IMG/VR virus record: IMGVR_UViG_3300021139_000014
Coordinates: 1-61,394 of that record
Source: a virus
Lineage: Duplodnaviria > Caudoviricetes
Reading direction: 5' to 3' (one strand)
DNA length: 61,394 nucleotides
Shown: positions 48,001-57,568 of the stretch, in pieces
Numbering within the stretch: the stretch's first letter is position 1
Layout: the number at the start of each line of letters is the position of its first letter
Notes under the pieces: generated by a model
Told to the model about the DNA's origin: nothing
Seen by the model: only the letters and a program-made list of their open reading frames with translations
The model's database searches: none
Program-made: the position numbers and the translations under genes

Positions 48001-48987
48001 TAATGTTGAACCATTAAGTAGTTCTTGAGCATTTGCTTTTTGAGGCACATAATCAAACAACAATATTTGTTCAACCTTATCTACATAGGTATACACACTA
48101 TTCTTGTAAAAATTATAGTTGTATACATCATTACTATTAATACTTAAATCAGACTTAACTAAAGACGTAATCAAGCTGTAATCACTTGTTGCACCATCCC
48201 TAGTCTCTCTAAATGCTATCTCAATTTTTTTAACATTCACATCTCCTGTAGGGAAATATAAAGCTATGTAGTTGCTTAAATATTTAGCATTAGTTATTGA
48301 GCCATCGTTATTAGGCATAAATGGCAAAGGAACTTCACTACCTGTACTCCATACGCTCTTTTCATTATCATCATATACATAACGATAAATAAACTGAAAT
48401 AAGCCGTTGTTTAGATTGTTGGTATTAGTTGTAGTATCAGCTCCGTAAGCTGCCTTAATCGGACTGCTAGGTGGAATTTTAGCTACATCTAAATAACTTC
48501 TTTGAATTGAGGTATATGTGCCAGCTAAATATCTTTCTATGTTTATTTTTGTTGGTCTACCTATACTATCTATAAAGTATAAAATATTACCATCTGTATT
48601 GGTATCTCCGTATATAATATTTATAGATGTAATGGGACTTGTTGTAAATCCTAAAACATCACCTACAGTATTTGTTCCACTTTGTATTAAAGTTTGGAAT
48701 GTACCTGCTTGGGTATTATAAATATATATTCCATGAGTTCCATTTGAATTATAGTTGAAATAAAATATTCTATTATTCAAAGAATCATAATGAGTGCCTA
48801 TAGTTTGGTTGGTACCACTAGGCAAGGTATTAGACACAAGTCTAGTTCCAGGAAGGTTCTCTGCCTTCATGTTAACCCCATTACCCCTAAAGATAATATT
48901 CAATGCATCCTTATGATGATGAGCAGGAAGTATGTCGTTACTATCATCTGTATTTAAAATTCCACCAAATTGCTTTTGTTGAATCAT
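45058..48987 (-). CDS. Tail nozzle/muzzle (tail tubular B-like) protein
   Basis: GGILNTD...DALNI start, FQFIYRYVYDDNEKS, YQYGIVYYD..G, FYSFNPE, GDYLKG; 1309 aa after the ring proteins. Confidence 0.75.
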   Translation of the reverse strand: MIQQKQFGGILNTDDSNDILPAHHHKDALNIIFRGNGVNMKAENLPGTRLVSNTLPSGTNQTIGTHYDSLNNRIFYFNYNSNGTHGIYIYNTQAGTFQTLIQSGTNTVGDVLGFTTSPITSINIIYGDTNTDGNILYFIDSIGRPTKINIERYLAGTYTSIQRSYLDVAKIPPSSPIKAAYGADTTTNTNNLNNGLFQFIYRYVYDDNEKSVWSTGSEVPLPFMPNNDGSITNAKYLSNYIALYFPTGDVNVKKIEIAFRETRDGATSDYSLITSLVKSDLSINSNDVYNYNFYKNSVYTYVDKVEQILLFDYVPQKANAQELLNGSTLIYGGITEGYANVPLNATIAQNASSGSLFTCRNGLLFGAEQIASNTIKIFVDGTIGSSAGTLASIYDSAGGGVVFNVNATDSSNTNLSFTYTATSNTTSALLSGLASAASAKGFSTSISGNFLTITKTGALLNSTQCQYNFVSLTNNNWEVIYSLYSNAAYQYGIVYYDANGKTNGVNTISALKLGTNKSNLFPDPLNQALYSYRQLTITNTPPSWAAYYQIVRTNNLTYGDKALYWVSSGAFSDKDVSVNQKYAYIRIDNIYDYNLSIKATEGVIGYTFAQGDRVKFIKRYSSTGAVGQDVSASNFDYPIISLEENPVMTGVVKEGSYLKIAYPTSDIGSGIAFDGTPDYQNYEIFIYNPALTTSANEQTYFEFGQKYPVVNGYHSGNYQNQTSSQSAILYFSDGDVFYRNRNVLVTPPKLITAQGIDQYAVQYATPKIGDSSQDVTTTNYIIGHSTNQTVSSLVYNQFPSSADAYYNYSNLSAVDYNVRFKFSFTAFNNDINAGKTGSLSIYVKVYASNGSATNYSLTKILNPVVIPQPQSNSNPYVNVDINVDAIVKVPAGCRASLIFTNDYTSNALHVAPFNIEITPLNNINIVVDDPSFSDVFNLQTNSNSRPLVVDINAKQAYYSTLVRYSQAYQQGTSINGTNRFYYLDSDTYDKKFGDIVRMKLHNRDLRIFQYKKCGVAPVFSVETLNQDGTNNLVASSKIINQIRYYEGDFGIGNQPTSLATSGYADYFADPVKGYFVRLSQDGITPISELYKMQTFSGNNLPNYLSSHSYSTGGSAKVLGVFHFSKDRDGEFISILQPGTGLTGYTLAFNEVKNCYTSFYSFNPEAILNFENKLASFKNGQLYIHDSSTQNNFYGTQYSSSITFVFNKDNILKKTFDYLTIDATDYWTSPTIGNVNTSLGQMSNLVQGDYEIHEGLYHGALLRDNNSLGGVINGDYLKGTWLETKFSNSATNLVYLSGLYLGYQLSNRNL

Positions 48988-48989
48988 AA

Positions 48990-49757
48990 TTATCCTTTAA
49001 CGCCATATGTGGCTGCTTCTCTAATATATTGTTCAGCTACCTGTAATCTAAATGGTTTCAATCTCTTACGAGCTAATTTCTTTTGAGCATAATATTCTCT
49101 TTCTCTCATAGTCTTTTCGCTGATGTTTACCAACTTTGTTGCTGGTAAAGACTGAATGTCTTTCCATCTTAAATAAGAGATAAGAGCCTCTTGACATCTA
49201 AAATCTATTGTGTAATCATCATCCATAATAGGACTAGATATGTATTCAAATACTATAGAAGAATAAGCAAATTGAGGGTCAAATATAACCACACCATTAG
49301 CTGAATCTAATCTACACTCTCCTGCTTGCACAAGACCAGAACCTACACCAAAGTAATGTTCATAATCCTCATCCCAATAACCAAACCAATAAGGATAGTT
49401 AGGTACAGTCATACCTGCACCAATCTGACTAGCAGTATCAGCAAGTCTTGTAGGAGTTGTATCTCTATATCTTGTTAAAGACTCATTCACCTTTAAGGTA
49501 GCTACCTCACCTGATTCATTAAATAAACCTACCCTAACATACTCTAAATAGTCATCAGGTATATTTGCTGTAAGGTTTGCATTAACAGGCAATACCGTAA
49601 TCTTAGGAGTCCAAGATACATCCATACCAATTTCTTGAAGACCTCTAAAAGCCATAGCCCAAAGTCTTCTAAAATCTTTTGTAGTAAGTCTTGCTTCGTC
49701 AATATACATATTAACAGCATCAGACAACTTGATATTTCTTTCTAATTTGTTACTCAT
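48990..49757 (-). CDS. Tail ring/adaptor protein
   Basis: IPDDYLEYVRV...FEYISS...EALISY pattern. Confidence 0.7.
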   Translation of the reverse strand: MSNKLERNIKLSDAVNMYIDEARLTTKDFRRLWAMAFRGLQEIGMDVSWTPKITVLPVNANLTANIPDDYLEYVRVGLFNESGEVATLKVNESLTRYRDTTPTRLADTASQIGAGMTVPNYPYWFGYWDEDYEHYFGVGSGLVQAGECRLDSANGVVIFDPQFAYSSIVFEYISSPIMDDDYTIDFRCQEALISYLRWKDIQSLPATKLVNISEKTMREREYYAQKKLARKRLKPFRLQVAEQYIREAATYGVKG

Positions 49758-49762
49758 AATTT

Positions 49763-50392
49763 TTAGCTTTCAACGCCATCTGAAACATGGTCTTGTTTAA
49801 TATTTTTACGAGCCATAATTCTTTGTGTAACTATATCAAACACCATACCTATTGCATCAGGAGGCACATTAATAGGAGCACTTAAATTATTAGTTACATG
49901 TGTAGCCATTCTCACACTAACCTTTGTACCTGCAGGCAATAATGATTTAACCCACATATATAATGTAGAACCTTCAATCCAATAATAAGCTGCCTTAGGA
50001 AGATGCGGCATGTCTCTAAAGTAATCTATTTCATTTCCTGAAACATAAAGAACTGGTCTGCTTTGACCTTTAAGTCCTGTAAAGAATACAGAATTAACCC
50101 CACTACTATTAGGAAGCCCTAATGGAGGGTGAGGAATAGAAGTATAATAGTATCCTGTATCAGCATCTCTTGTAAAAGATGTTATTTTAAAGGTAGTTAA
50201 ATAACCATCAGGAACAGATAAAATTCCTTCAACAGCATAAGCATCATTAGCCTGTTTAGTGGCAACCTGTGCTACTGCATCATTAATATGTAATAATAAT
50301 TCATTATCCGTTAATACTGCTGCATCATCTGGATAATCATTATAGTATTGACGCCTAATCCTGTCAATCATTTGTTGAGTAGTAACAATCAT
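49763..50392 (-). CDS. Tail ring/adaptor protein
   Basis: Position and size; YYWIEGSTLY. Confidence 0.6.
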   Translation of the reverse strand: MIVTTQQMIDRIRRQYYNDYPDDAAVLTDNELLLHINDAVAQVATKQANDAYAVEGILSVPDGYLTTFKITSFTRDADTGYYYTSIPHPPLGLPNSSGVNSVFFTGLKGQSRPVLYVSGNEIDYFRDMPHLPKAAYYWIEGSTLYMWVKSLLPAGTKVSVRMATHVTNNLSAPINVPPDAIGMVFDIVTQRIMARKNIKQDHVSDGVES

Positions 50393-51081
50393 TATTCTCC
50401 AGTATTAATAACTCCTTGCCCAAATTGAGTTAGAGTTGGTTCTTTAAATGAAACTCCAATTATTTTAGCTGCTCTTGCAACAATTTCATCAATATCATTA
50501 TTGTACCATAATGGGTCAACACTTCCTGTTGAATTATATACAGGTCTACCATTACCATCTGTTGTGTAATTCCAAACAACATCTGTAGGTACAGTTAAAT
50601 ATTTTAAGGTAATATTTGTTAAGGTATTTGGATATATTCTCCAGTTTGTATTTTGTTCTACAAAGAACGCATTTGCCTCATTAATTGGGTCAATAGAATC
50701 CTGAATACGCTCAGCATATCTATTTTCTTCAAGTCTATATATTCTATAAATATTATCGGTATACATACCAATAAGCTTATTAAAACCTGTTGGTTTTGTT
50801 CCTAATAAAGTTCCAGATGTCAATGTAAGGCCAGAACCAATAGTCAACACAGCTGATTGTTCAAATGGCATTAATCTAGAAACCACATTATCTGTCATAG
50901 ATAAACCTACTCTTGGAACAGGTCTTCCATACTGATATTGTTCTACACGACCAACTAAAAAATCATAATAATTTCTTTGAGCCGTATTAAAAGCGTATTG
51001 AAAATCTGCAGGGCTTAAACTTCCTAGCTGATTCTTTCTAACAATAAATCTAAGTATGGAATATACTTGGTCGACAGTCAT
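50392..51081 (-). CDS. Head-tail ring/adaptor protein
   Basis: VYSILRFIVRKNQLGSLSPADF..AQ; YLTVPTDVVWNY. Confidence 0.7.
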   Translation of the reverse strand: MTVDQVYSILRFIVRKNQLGSLSPADFQYAFNTAQRNYYDFLVGRVEQYQYGRPVPRVGLSMTDNVVSRLMPFEQSAVLTIGSGLTLTSGTLLGTKPTGFNKLIGMYTDNIYRIYRLEENRYAERIQDSIDPINEANAFFVEQNTNWRIYPNTLTNITLKYLTVPTDVVWNYTTDGNGRPVYNSTGSVDPLWYNNDIDEIVARAAKIIGVSFKEPTLTQFGQGVINTGE

Positions 51082-51084
51082 CGG

Positions 51085-51103
51085 AATATTTTACACAAAT
51101 ATA
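51085..51103 (-). promoter_or_regulatory. Late promoter/leader TATATTTGTGTAAAATATT
   Basis: Identical to 34622-34640. Confidence 0.7.
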
Positions 51104-51105
51104 AC

Positions 51106-51135
51106 AAAAAAGCCCCACAATAGAAATTGTAGGGC
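51106..51135 (-). terminator. Rho-independent terminator
   Basis: GCCCTACAAT-TTCT-ATTGTGGGGC followed by T6. Confidence 0.85.
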
Positions 51136-51165
51136 GTTACATCTAAAACTAAATCAACATGAGAA

Positions 51166-52077
51166 CTATAATTGCATTCTTAATGTACTAACAAATCCTG
51201 AACCATCTTCTGTAGAGGCAAATTCTGTTAGAGCATCTATTTCTTTTTGGTTGGCTGGCAACTGAGTAATCATTTGCTTTGTAGCCACCCAATGAGCTTG
51301 ATTTTTTACTAAACCTGTAGTAATGATACCTTTCTCTAATCCTTTTTCTACTAGGTATCTTAACTTCAATTTAGGGTTGTTTGCCATCAATAAAAACTTC
51401 TCTGGCTCAGCTAATGCTCTTGCCTTGTAGTCTTCTCTGATTGCGTCCATATCTCTTTCTTCTCCTGTGCTTGCATGTATAAAAGGGATGCCTAAGAACT
51501 TAGCGTGTGGTATCATATCATCCTCAGATGCTGAACGCGCTAAATCATAAGCTCTATCCTTTTTCTTTCCTAATTCTACTACATTATCATCATTGTTACC
51601 GTAATCTAATAACATGTAGGTATTACTAATCATCTTAAACTTGTTTGTGTTTTTGCTACATTGATTATTCAATGTCAAGAACTGAACAAGTGGTTTGTTC
51701 CAAGATGGAACTCTTAAGAATCCGTTATTAAACTGAATTACATTCGTTTGTTTGTTAATAACATTGTCTGCTAATGGGCCATGTACTTCTTGCTCATCAA
51801 CAAAAATGCTCTTCATTCCGTCAATGTATCTGATTTCTCTTGGTTGGAAATCCGGCTCTTGCTCTGTACCGTAATTCCACAGAATAGTATCTGAGTTTGG
51901 AATTAAAAAGTTAGGAGGGAAAATGCTAGCCCCCTCGTGGTACTTTGGATGTTCCTTAATAAGTCTGAAGATGTACATCTCAGGCTCTTTCTTAGCTTTT
52001 TTCGCAGTTATCTTCTTGCTTGAAGTTACTGGCGAATCTAATGTTGGTACGCTTGCCAACTCAGTTGCTTTTGCCAT
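51166..52077 (-). CDS. Capsid-adjacent virion/assembly protein
   Basis: REIRY...SIFVDEQ...F.NG.L.VP pattern; follows the capsid gene; promoter TAAATTTG at 52092-52099. Confidence 0.65.
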   Translation of the reverse strand: MAKATELASVPTLDSPVTSSKKITAKKAKKEPEMYIFRLIKEHPKYHEGASIFPPNFLIPNSDTILWNYGTEQEPDFQPREIRYIDGMKSIFVDEQEVHGPLADNVINKQTNVIQFNNGFLRVPSWNKPLVQFLTLNNQCSKNTNKFKMISNTYMLLDYGNNDDNVVELGKKKDRAYDLARSASEDDMIPHAKFLGIPFIHASTGEERDMDAIREDYKARALAEPEKFLLMANNPKLKLRYLVEKGLEKGIITTGLVKNQAHWVATKQMITQLPANQKEIDALTEFASTEDGSGFVSTLRMQL

Positions 52078-52159
52078 AGTTTATTTTTTTACAAATTTAG
52101 GTAATAATACTACCTAAACAATAAAAATGCCAAACTTTTTTTAAACTATAATATCCCTT

Positions 52160-52390
52160 TTATGTCACAATTTTTTAAATATTTGTGCATTTTATGACAC
52201 ATTATGCAAGTTTTGTTACTTTTTTATATAAATATGTAACAAGTTGAATGATATTTAATTCATTATAACTCAATTTGTCTTTTATGAATGATAAGTCATA
52301 CAAAAATATCCCTAACTATATTACAATATTTGATAAAATTAACCCTAACTATGTTACAAGTTGCATGAAAATTCAGAAAAATTCATGCAG
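52160..52390. repeat. Array of short, distinct imperfect palindromes and a 17-bp direct repeat
   Basis: Inverted repeats at 52166/52183, 52186/52204, 52213/52236, 52247/52260, 52283/52296, 52362/52382; direct repeat at 52310 and 52343. Confidence 0.6.
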
Positions 52391-52399
52391 ATTATACAC

Positions 52400-52427
52400 A
52401 AAAAAAGCCCCCCATTTCTGGAGGGCT
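52400..52427 (-). terminator. Rho-independent terminator of the capsid gene
   Basis: AGCCCTCCA-GAAA-TGGGGGGCT followed by a T run. Confidence 0.85.
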
Positions 52428-52447
52428 CTATATTCAATCAGCTAAGA

Positions 52448-53833
52448 TTAAACACCTTGGAAGATTGCATATTGGTTAGCAGCAAATGTTCTAACACCTG
52501 GGAAAGACAACATAGAAATGGTCTTTTGCGCAGTTGTAGTTTTGTTGCTTGGAGCCAACATACCAGTCTCAGTAGTCAAGACTCTTTGACCGTTAACCTC
52601 TTGGAACACGATTTGGAATGAAGGGAATTGCTTACCTGTCTTCGCATCGTTGTTAATCTTTTGAGGAATTAACACACCATAGTTTCTCTTCTCTGGAACT
52701 TGAGCACCTGGGTTGATTTGGTATACAGACTCAGGAGAGAATCCGTTGTTTAAGAAGAAGTGGAATGTGTAACCGTCAATAGAGAAGCTATTGAAACCGT
52801 AGCTTACTGAAGCCTCTTCGTTTCCACCTACTGAAGCGTAACGGATAGCGCCATTGTTATACTTACCGAATAACAAATCGTTAACCGCTTGTCTTTGATA
52901 GATGTCTTGTAACCAATGGTACTCACCAGCACCACCGTAGAAGTTCAAAGTACGAGTTAATGTATGGATATCAGCGATTGCTGGACCAGCAGAAGCTGTA
53001 TACTGAATTGTAGAACCTGCAGCAGACACACGTGGTAAAACACCAGTTGTACCTACTGTACCGTTAGATAAGTTGTCGATAGCAACACCCTCTAACATCT
53101 TAAACCAAGCTTGGTTCATGTAACGTTTGTTCATGTCGTCCATAGCTAAGTAGTAATAGTAGTGTTGTCCGTTACCGAAGTCAACCTCGTTTTTCTCGAT
53201 GTCAGCACGGTCAGTGATTGTGTAGTCATCACGGTGTTCAGTAGTTGTGTTAGTGATTTTATCCAATAATGGAGAAATACCATCTAATACAGTTGATTGC
53301 TCACCAATGTTAACCGCACCTCTTAATAACAAGAATTCACCTGCTAATAAGTTAGCTGAACCTGCAGATACGAAAGCAGCTGTAGATTGTACTGGAGTGA
53401 TTGTTGCAGTATGAGCGTTAGCTGTACTCTTGTTGATTGCAGTAACCATACCCTCAATACCTGAAGTCATGATACGAACTACCTCACCTACACGGATTGG
53501 AGATTGAGTACCAGACGCATAATAAGAACCTGTACCTAAAGTTACTGTTACAGCAGCACCAGCAGCAGGAGCTGTAATTTGAGTGTTAACAGTTACTGAT
53601 TGGTGTAAGCCTCTTTTTTCATAGTGGTAGAAAGTTCTGTTGTCAGATTTTGCTTCCATTACTGAGTTACCTAAAGCCATTTGTACGATTGCATAGTTTT
53701 CTGCACCGTAGATACGAACCAAGTTCTTTTCAAAAGAACGGTCGAAGATGTTCAAGTTATTCAACAGGGTTCTGTTGGTAGCTGAACTAGCAATACCCGC
53801 AGGTGTAGGGGTACTTGGGAAAGTGTTAGCCAT
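52448..53833 (-). CDS. Major capsid protein
   Basis: 461 aa after portal and scaffold; biased codon use; YGFNSFSIDGYTF; strong terminator follows. Confidence 0.85.
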   Translation of the reverse strand: MANTFPSTPTPAGIASSATNRTLLNNLNIFDRSFEKNLVRIYGAENYAIVQMALGNSVMEAKSDNRTFYHYEKRGLHQSVTVNTQITAPAAGAAVTVTLGTGSYYASGTQSPIRVGEVVRIMTSGIEGMVTAINKSTANAHTATITPVQSTAAFVSAGSANLLAGEFLLLRGAVNIGEQSTVLDGISPLLDKITNTTTEHRDDYTITDRADIEKNEVDFGNGQHYYYYLAMDDMNKRYMNQAWFKMLEGVAIDNLSNGTVGTTGVLPRVSAAGSTIQYTASAGPAIADIHTLTRTLNFYGGAGEYHWLQDIYQRQAVNDLLFGKYNNGAIRYASVGGNEEASVSYGFNSFSIDGYTFHFFLNNGFSPESVYQINPGAQVPEKRNYGVLIPQKINNDAKTGKQFPSFQIVFQEVNGQRVLTTETGMLAPSNKTTTAQKTISMLSFPGVRTFAANQYAIFQGV

Positions 53834-53846
53834 TTTTTATTATAGT

Positions 53847-55058
53847 TTAAATTTGTCTTTGTTTATGCCCTAAAAATAATTGGTCAAAAAGATTTCTCTC
53901 TTCGTCCGCGGCACTAGGGCGATATGTACCGCTTTGTTCAACGTCTGTAGTGATGTTTTTTCTTTGCTTTAACATTTCAAGTCTTGTTTGATTTGCCGTT
54001 TGGCTAATCACAGATTGAATTATCTTGTCAAAGTTATCAGCAATATACAAGTCTTTTAAAAGCCTATCAGATTGGTACTTACCATCTTGGTAGTATCTCT
54101 CTGCATAATATTCCTGTAAGCTTTCTGCAGCATCTCGGTATCTTGAAGCTTCCTGCGCAGGGATTTCAAATTTACCATTAATACTTAAACTTGCCTTGTC
54201 GTCCTTCCAATTAAATTGCAAGGCTCCCAAACGATTCTCTACACCATTTAGACTCTCTAGAAACTTCTGCCTTTCTTCTTGGGCTTCTGCATCTACTTGA
54301 GTGTCAACCTGTTGTGTAGGTCTTTCGTACTGCGGAAATTTAATATCCTCAGACATTCTTTCAAAAAACTCTCTTGCCTCAGATACATCATTCTTGATTT
54401 TCTGAGACAATTTTTTTTGTTCTCTTTTGAGCTTGGATTCGTCAAACGCAAACTCATCAATAGAATATTTTTCTTCGTATTCAGCCTGTACATCATCGTT
54501 GTCAAACTCTGGGTTTTGAAACTTAATGTATGACTTTAATACGTCTTCATCAGGTTTGTCTTTAATCTCATCAGCTACCTTTTTATTATAAAGGATTTCT
54601 GCCACCTCATTAATCTTTCCTTCAGCTATAAGATTATATAATGCCTCTGAGGTTTCGTTTTCAAACTTTACTTGTTGAGCTGCTTGTTCCGCTAAGGCTT
54701 GTTGCAACTCTTCCCAAGATGAAAACTGACCATCAGTTCTTTGTTTTATAAAATCATCCTCGTCTAATACCTCATCATCATCATCTGTAGGTAAAGGTTG
54801 TTCCTCTATAATTTCCTCATTTTGTGATTGAGCATCCTCAATTTCTTTTAGTTGCTCAGCTGATAATGTTTTTGCAAACTCTTGCAAAGGGTCTAACTCC
54901 TCTACAGGTATTTGTGGTTCTACAGGAGTAATTGTATCATCTGCATTTACTGCTGTAGTTGTATCAACTGGGTTTAAACTTGGTTGTTGGTCTGTCAAAG
55001 AACTGGCGCTTTCTTTTTGCTCAGCAGCCCATTGCTGCATGAAGTCTGTGTTTTCCAT
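53847..55058 (-). CDS. Scaffolding protein
   Basis: Very acidic, coiled-coil, between portal and capsid; promoter TATATTTG at 55097-55104. Confidence 0.7.
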   Translation of the reverse strand: MENTDFMQQWAAEQKESASSLTDQQPSLNPVDTTTAVNADDTITPVEPQIPVEELDPLQEFAKTLSAEQLKEIEDAQSQNEEIIEEQPLPTDDDDEVLDEDDFIKQRTDGQFSSWEELQQALAEQAAQQVKFENETSEALYNLIAEGKINEVAEILYNKKVADEIKDKPDEDVLKSYIKFQNPEFDNDDVQAEYEEKYSIDEFAFDESKLKREQKKLSQKIKNDVSEAREFFERMSEDIKFPQYERPTQQVDTQVDAEAQEERQKFLESLNGVENRLGALQFNWKDDKASLSINGKFEIPAQEASRYRDAAESLQEYYAERYYQDGKYQSDRLLKDLYIADNFDKIIQSVISQTANQTRLEMLKQRKNITTDVEQSGTYRPSAADEERNLFDQLFLGHKQRQI

Positions 55059-55132
55059 ATATTTTGTTTTTAGGATTTACTTGTCCGAAACTAACACAAA
55101 TATAAGGATTTTTATATTACAAAATTTTTTAT

Positions 55133-55161
55133 AAAAAAAGGGCACGGTAGAAACCGCACCC
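55133..55161 (-). terminator. Rho-independent terminator after portal
   Basis: GGGTGCGGT-TTCT-ACCGTGCCC followed by T7. Confidence 0.85.
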
Positions 55162-55197
55162 CCTTCAGCCATGAAAACACACACAAAGAAAGCTATG

Positions 55198-57540
55198 TTA
55201 TTCAGAACCCTGTTCAGGCTCTTGAGATTGTTCTTGTTGTTGTGCCTCCTGTTGTTGTGCTTGTTGTTGAGCCATTGCTTCTTGCTGTTGCTTTTGCATC
55301 TTCTCTTGAACGGCTGTGCCCAAAATAGAATCAGCAAGTTGTTTTATTTCATCTGGTAATGGTTGTCCTGTTTTCAAAGATTCCATATACATAGTTGTTG
55401 CAAACTTAATCAACTCTAATTCTTTATCAGAATCTCCCTTGGTCTTATTAACTGCCATCTTACCTTGAGACTCAAGTTGAGTAAGCTGAGCGTCTTGTTG
55501 CATTTTTTGTTGAGAAGCCTGAGCCTGAATTTGAGCATTCATTTGGCTATTCTTTTGAGCAGCCTCCTCAGCTTCTTTCTTAGCTCTCTTCATGCTCTTA
55601 GCTAAATACAACTCAGCTAATTTAACATCCTCAATATTCTTAATCTTAAATACCTGCTCGTAAGTAATACCACCTGCCTGTAAAGCCTGCATCATTAAGT
55701 TATTTAACTCTGCTTTCTTTTGGTCATCAGGTAACATTTCAACCTTAACATCAAAGGTCATATCTAAAAGACTTAGGTCATAACCTTCCATCTCCTTATA
55801 TTTGGTAGCCTTGAATACAACTGAATCCCACAACATCATAGAAACCTTTTCTGTTGTTTCTTCCATTAGGTTTGTAAAGGCATCATAGATATATTCTGTA
55901 GCTGAGTTAGAGCTTTGGATTTGTTGTTGCATTACCCCAAGACCAGTCTTAACAGGAACACTTGAACCATCTCTATATTCAGAGATACCCATCTCCTCTC
56001 TTAATCTATCTAGGTTAAAATTGTACTGACTAATCAAGGTATTCAACTGAGCTACGTTACCATTGTTAGGTAATTGCTGAATAGGAAATGCTTTTGGCTG
56101 ACCATCATCTCCTGTTGAATCCCAAAACACTCTACCTGTTTGGTCGTATATCTTCATCAACTGAAGTGGCTCTACGCTATTACCAGTTCCCAAATCAACA
56201 TCTCTAAATCCTGAAATATCTACAGAGAATCCATCTGGCTTCATCAAGGCAATCAATTGTTGCATCTTCATTCTGATAAGAAGCATTGCTCTGATTGGTC
56301 CCATAGCCTTCTCAATCATAGAAGGTACTAAGGCTCCTGTAGCGTTAGGACAAATAATAGAATAGCTGAACATAGCATCTACCCCATTATTATAAGGTCT
56401 AATAGTATTTGAATTTAGGTTCCACTCTAACATGATTTCGGTATCACATACCCAAACACCATGGTAGATGTTCATTACTTTTGATTCAATAACTTCTCCA
56501 GCCAGCTCTTGCCCTTCTGGAGCAACTGGCCTACCTTGTTTAGGTATTGCAAGAATGTTGCCATATTTATTTTCTGTTTTAACTGTGTATTCTACATCCG
56601 TAGTTTTTACCTCAAAGTCGAAGACCAATACCGCGTAATCATCATAGGGCCTAAGCTCTGTGTATTTATATGAATCTTTCCAATAAAGGTTTTCAGCTCT
56701 CTTAAGTTCACGAGAAGCCTTCTGCGCCAACTTGAATAGGGTCTCTTCATCTAGATTGTATTTTTTTCTGATTACTGAAATCTTCATTGGTTTAACCTCA
56801 CCAATATATCCTAAATCTTTTCCGTTGTCAGTTTCAAATACATTATAGATTAAGTTTTCTGGCTTAACCCTTTTAATCTTGATGTTATGATTGCCATCAA
56901 AGTAAACCTTTGTTGCGGCAAAGTTTACATCAATAACATCTCTAATTAATGTTCTTTTAAGAATACCATAATCATTCTCATCCAAGATTTTTTTAAGCTT
57001 GGTTTCAAATAATATTTCTTCTGGTAATCTATATTCTAAATCAAAGTATAATGCTAAATCATCCTCATCCTCAGGCATAAACTTCTGAGACTCAACTTGA
57101 TGTCCAATTTGCTCTTCAAGGGCTTGTATTTGCTCCTTGTTCTTCATTCTAAAAGTAGCCTCTTGTTTTTCCATTTCTTTGATAGAAAAACTCATATCAT
57201 CGGTAGCTTTAACCACAGGCTTTTCTCTTCTTGATAAATATGTTCCAAGTAATATCTCAACAAACTTAGGCGCAATCTTAATGGTACTCCAGTCTAGGTT
57301 TACATAGGTTTGGTTTCCCTCAACTCTTAATAAATCCATAAACTCTTTCATAGAGTTAGTACCCATAGAAAACTCTCTATTAGCACGCCATACTCTATAA
57401 CGCTTACCATAGTACCCATCTGAATTTCTATCAGCTGAATTAAATATACCCTGTGCCACCTTCAAGCCATAATCTTTAGTCCTTTTTTTGGACGGCTTTT
57501 CCATGTGCATTTGCAATAACCTGTCTATACTTGAAAACAT
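55198..57540 (-). CDS. Portal protein
   Basis: 780 aa; NLDWSTIKIAPKFV, YDQTG, GISEYRDGS, Gln-rich C-terminal barrel; promoter TACATTTG at 57556-57563. Confidence 0.85.
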   Translation of the reverse strand: MFSSIDRLLQMHMEKPSKKRTKDYGLKVAQGIFNSADRNSDGYYGKRYRVWRANREFSMGTNSMKEFMDLLRVEGNQTYVNLDWSTIKIAPKFVEILLGTYLSRREKPVVKATDDMSFSIKEMEKQEATFRMKNKEQIQALEEQIGHQVESQKFMPEDEDDLALYFDLEYRLPEEILFETKLKKILDENDYGILKRTLIRDVIDVNFAATKVYFDGNHNIKIKRVKPENLIYNVFETDNGKDLGYIGEVKPMKISVIRKKYNLDEETLFKLAQKASRELKRAENLYWKDSYKYTELRPYDDYAVLVFDFEVKTTDVEYTVKTENKYGNILAIPKQGRPVAPEGQELAGEVIESKVMNIYHGVWVCDTEIMLEWNLNSNTIRPYNNGVDAMFSYSIICPNATGALVPSMIEKAMGPIRAMLLIRMKMQQLIALMKPDGFSVDISGFRDVDLGTGNSVEPLQLMKIYDQTGRVFWDSTGDDGQPKAFPIQQLPNNGNVAQLNTLISQYNFNLDRLREEMGISEYRDGSSVPVKTGLGVMQQQIQSSNSATEYIYDAFTNLMEETTEKVSMMLWDSVVFKATKYKEMEGYDLSLLDMTFDVKVEMLPDDQKKAELNNLMMQALQAGGITYEQVFKIKNIEDVKLAELYLAKSMKRAKKEAEEAAQKNSQMNAQIQAQASQQKMQQDAQLTQLESQGKMAVNKTKGDSDKELELIKFATTMYMESLKTGQPLPDEIKQLADSILGTAVQEKMQKQQQEAMAQQQAQQQEAQQQEQSQEPEQGSE

Positions 57541-57568
57541 ATTCTTGTGTTTCTACAAATGTAAGATT

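Noticed and set aside
52160-52390. Possible mini-CRISPR array
   Set aside because: There is no constant repeat separated by unique spacers, only one 17-bp pair, and no cas genes; kept as a palindrome array instead.
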